From: Raja brachyura
Lineage: Eukaryota
Direction of reading: 5' to 3'
NCBI GenBank assembly: GCA_963514005.1
Contig: OY740796.1
Coordinates: forward strand, 30,752,001-30,816,000
DNA length: 64,000 nt
In this document: positions 61,192 through 64,000 of the stretch, piece by piece
Position numbering within the stretch: the first letter of the stretch is position 1
How the letters are laid out: each line of letters begins with the position of its first letter
Position numbers and translations under genes: made by a program
The notes under the pieces: model-generated
Seen by the model: only the letters and a program-made list of their open reading frames with translations
The model's database searches: none
What the model was told of the DNA's origin: nothing

Positions 61192-64000
61192 TTTAACTTC
61201 GGAGTCACATGAGGGACTACGTGAAGACCCCGCCAGCACGCATGCGCGACATATCGTCTAACGCATTGCGAACGACAGGCAGGGAGGAGCGTCGCTCCTC
61301 CAGCGGTAGGTTTGAACCGGACCTGGAGGTAAGTTTTTACTATTCTGAGGTCGTTTTTGGCCGCTCTGTATAATTTATTTTGCAGAACAAAATCTACTAT
61401 GGACAAATCTAGGACGAAGTCCAAAACGGACCACAACAAAACTGACTGCGGAGGACCGCGGGAATGCTGGCAGTCAGCAGCGGCCGACTTCACCTGAGCT
61501 GCTAACCGTACGGCCAGTAGTCCCCGACTTGGCACTACAGCCCGTAGGTGTTCCTCGGACTGGCAGTAAAGCCACCCGAAAGTCGGATAGTCCCAGAGAC
61601 TCGGCAGAGAAGATTCACCGCCTGCGGATAACGACAGGTGCCGTTTATCTCGCATGGAGCGGTTGATGGAGCAACTGCTCCACGTGACCTACTCCAACAA
61701 ATGGAGTCTGGTTACCGTGGGTCTCCTCAGACACCCACGGCGGCACCTTTTACAGAGTTGCCAAATGTCTCCCTCTCCTCGGAGGGGAGCATAAGGAGTC
61801 AATACTGGGCTGACCCTGAACATGGGGATTTGGCTGAAGACTCTTCCAGCGTGCTAGGGGTGCAGGAACAACAAGAGCTGCTTGGCATGGTATCCAAATT
61901 TGCGATGCCCTCGCAAAAGGGACTGCCGTTACAGCCGTAGCTGGCAGCCAGCATCAACTACCTCACCACCAACCAGCTGCAGGAACAAGCCATGAGTGAC
62001 ACTGCTGCTAAACATTCACTCAATGTTCCTGCGGTGAACAACCCAATCTGGGGAAACATCGGTGCTGGCATCAGAACCCAGGAAATAAAGATACAGATGA
62101 TCCTTACACTATTGGCTTCCGGAATAACAGCATTTGCCAGGTCAGTGGATGGCAAGGACATGTCGGAAGAACAACAGGAAGCCCTGGCACTCTTCTGCAA
62201 TGCACAGTTTGAAATAAACTGTTTTAGGAAGAGTGTTATCCGACCTGCTCTAAACCCCAAATTTGCGGGGTTGTGCAAGACCAGCAGCACGCAACCGCCT
62301 ACTTTACAGTTCGGGGACTAACTGCCGAAGCAGATTAAAGACCTCGACGAGGAGGCAAAAGCCGTCGGCCTAATGAAAGCGCAGTCCACTGCCAAGACAT
62401 CGTATCCTCGGCAGGAGCACCCCTACGCAATCACCAGCAAGCCAAGATACTACAACGAAAGAGCAGCAGCTGGTGAAAGCTCCAAGGCCGTACGTTCAGG
62501 ACAAAGGTCTTTTTTAGACCAAGGCCCAGAACGGCCTTCGTGGAAGACATGCCAACCCCACACCACAGTGCCTCTAATCCCCAAGAGACAAGGACGGAAG
62601 AAACCAACACAACACCACCGGTAACCATGGAGGTAGGTGGTCTGGTTTCTTCCAGAACATAGCATGTGTAAATTCTTCACAAACTGGGGGAAGGTTACAC
62701 TTGTTCCATAACCTTTGATCCTTTTATACTGCAAAGTATCCAGAGATACAAAATTGAATTCATTTACAAACTCCTCCCTCCGGTTCAGCATGCACCTAGC
62801 CGAACGTTCGTGCTTTCACAAAAAGAAAGATCAGAAGGCCATGCAGAACTTTTGAGGTTACATACAAAAGGAGTAATTGAGTAATCCAAACACAAATCTC
62901 TTGAGTTTGTGTCAAATATTTTCACAAAAAACAAAAAAGATGTTGGATGGCGCATCATCATTAATTTGACACAACTGAATACTTTTGTGCAGTATACCCA
63001 CTTCAAAATCTTTTCACAGAGTTCTTTACACAGAGAGTGGTGAGTCTCTGGAATTCTCTGCCACAGAAGGTAGTTGAGGCCAGTTCATTGGCTATATTTA
63101 AGAGGGCGTTAGATGTGGCACTTGTGGCTAAAGGGATCAGGGGGTATGGAGAGAAGGCAGGTACGGGATACTGAGTTGGATGATCAGCCATGATCACATT
63201 GAATGGCGGTGCAGGCTCGAAGGGCCGAATGGCCTACTCCTGCACCTATTTTCTATGTTTCTATGTAAAATGGAAAGTTTTGTTACTGCCAAACAATTAG
63301 TTTCCAAAAGATACTTCATGGCTTGCATCGATCGAAAAGATGCATACTATTCAGTACCAATAGAGAAGGGTCACCACAGATATCTGAAATTTAACTGGAT
63401 GGGGCAGCTCTGGCAGTACAAAGTGCTGACTAATGGATTAACATCAGCCCCAGACTATTTACCAAAATATTGAAACAAGCCTTGGCGTTTCTCCGAAAAC
63501 AGAAACATATCACCATGGCATATCTGGATGACATCTTAATTGTGGGAAAAACTCTGGAGTTGGCCAAATTGGCTGTTTCAGCCACCAAGCTCTTATTTGA
63601 AAAGTTGGGGTTTATCATCCATCCAGATAGATCCAAGTTAACTCCTTCTATGAAAATGGACTACTTGTGGTTCACAATTGACTCTGTTCACATGTCTGTG
63701 ACTTTGCCAAAGGACAAAGCAACAGACTTAATAGAGGCATGCAACAGCCTTGTTTGCGTCAGTCAACCATCTATTCGACAAGTAGCTAGGGTAATTGGGC
63801 AGCTCGTGGCTGTGTTCCCAATTTGGACCCTTGCATTACCAAAATTTACAGAGGGCCAAGATTGAAGCACTCAAATACAATGCTGGCCATTTTGATAGGC
63901 CAATGCAGTTACCAGCCAAAGCAGTTTTGGAGTTGCAATGGTGCATTAACAACACTCGACATTGCTCTAATCCCATCATAATCAACAACCCTTCAGTTGT
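61192..64000 (+). mobile_element. DIRS-type retrotransposon, copy 4: left end, degenerate ORF1 and RT; continues off the right edge
   Basis: Left terminus TTTAACTTCGGAGTCACATGAGGGACTACGTGAAGACCCC. ORF1 remnants at ~61400-62624. RT motifs IDRKDAYYSV, NGLTSAP and YLDDIL in ORFs 63180 and 63470. Confidence 0.93.
63010..63266 (+). mobile_element. HER1-like CR1 3' end inserted into the RT of DIRS copy 4
   Basis: Splits the HFKME motif; AAAAT duplicated at 63005-63009 and 63267-63271; TTTCTATG tail. Confidence 0.9.

Overview
Vertebrate genomic DNA, inferred to be from a cartilaginous fish (probably a skate or ray) because it is full of HE1/V-SINE-like SINEs and HER1-like CR1 LINE tails. It is mostly transposable elements. 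There are four DIRS-type tyrosine-recombinase retrotransposons. One (53358-57323) has complete ITR/ICR architecture, an RT-RNaseH-methyltransferase frame broken by a single stop, and an open recombinase frame. Penelope-like elements and their short derivatives carry about a dozen minimal hammerhead-ribozyme cores. Also present are a TSD-flanked bipartite RTE element with a highly structured 5' domain, Rex/Babar and CR1 LINE fragments, nested hAT and Harbinger MITEs, and a Helitron-like 3' end. The only host-gene signal is a CpG-rich region with a putative 40-nt first coding exon on the minus strand (15305-15344). A few repeat-free, motif-rich segments look like enhancers. The leads most worth checking are: (1) splice signals conserved across the DIRS copies, suggesting the ATG-less recombinase is expressed by splicing; (2) the hammerhead-bearing Penelope derivatives, including back-to-back pairs; (3) a perfect 54-bp inverted duplication that fits a staggered-break micro-inversion; (4) a hairpin tandem array in a DIRS leader; (5) reciprocal nesting between DIRS and one Rex/Babar 3' UTR. 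All coordinates were read by eye; boundaries of old repeats are approximate.
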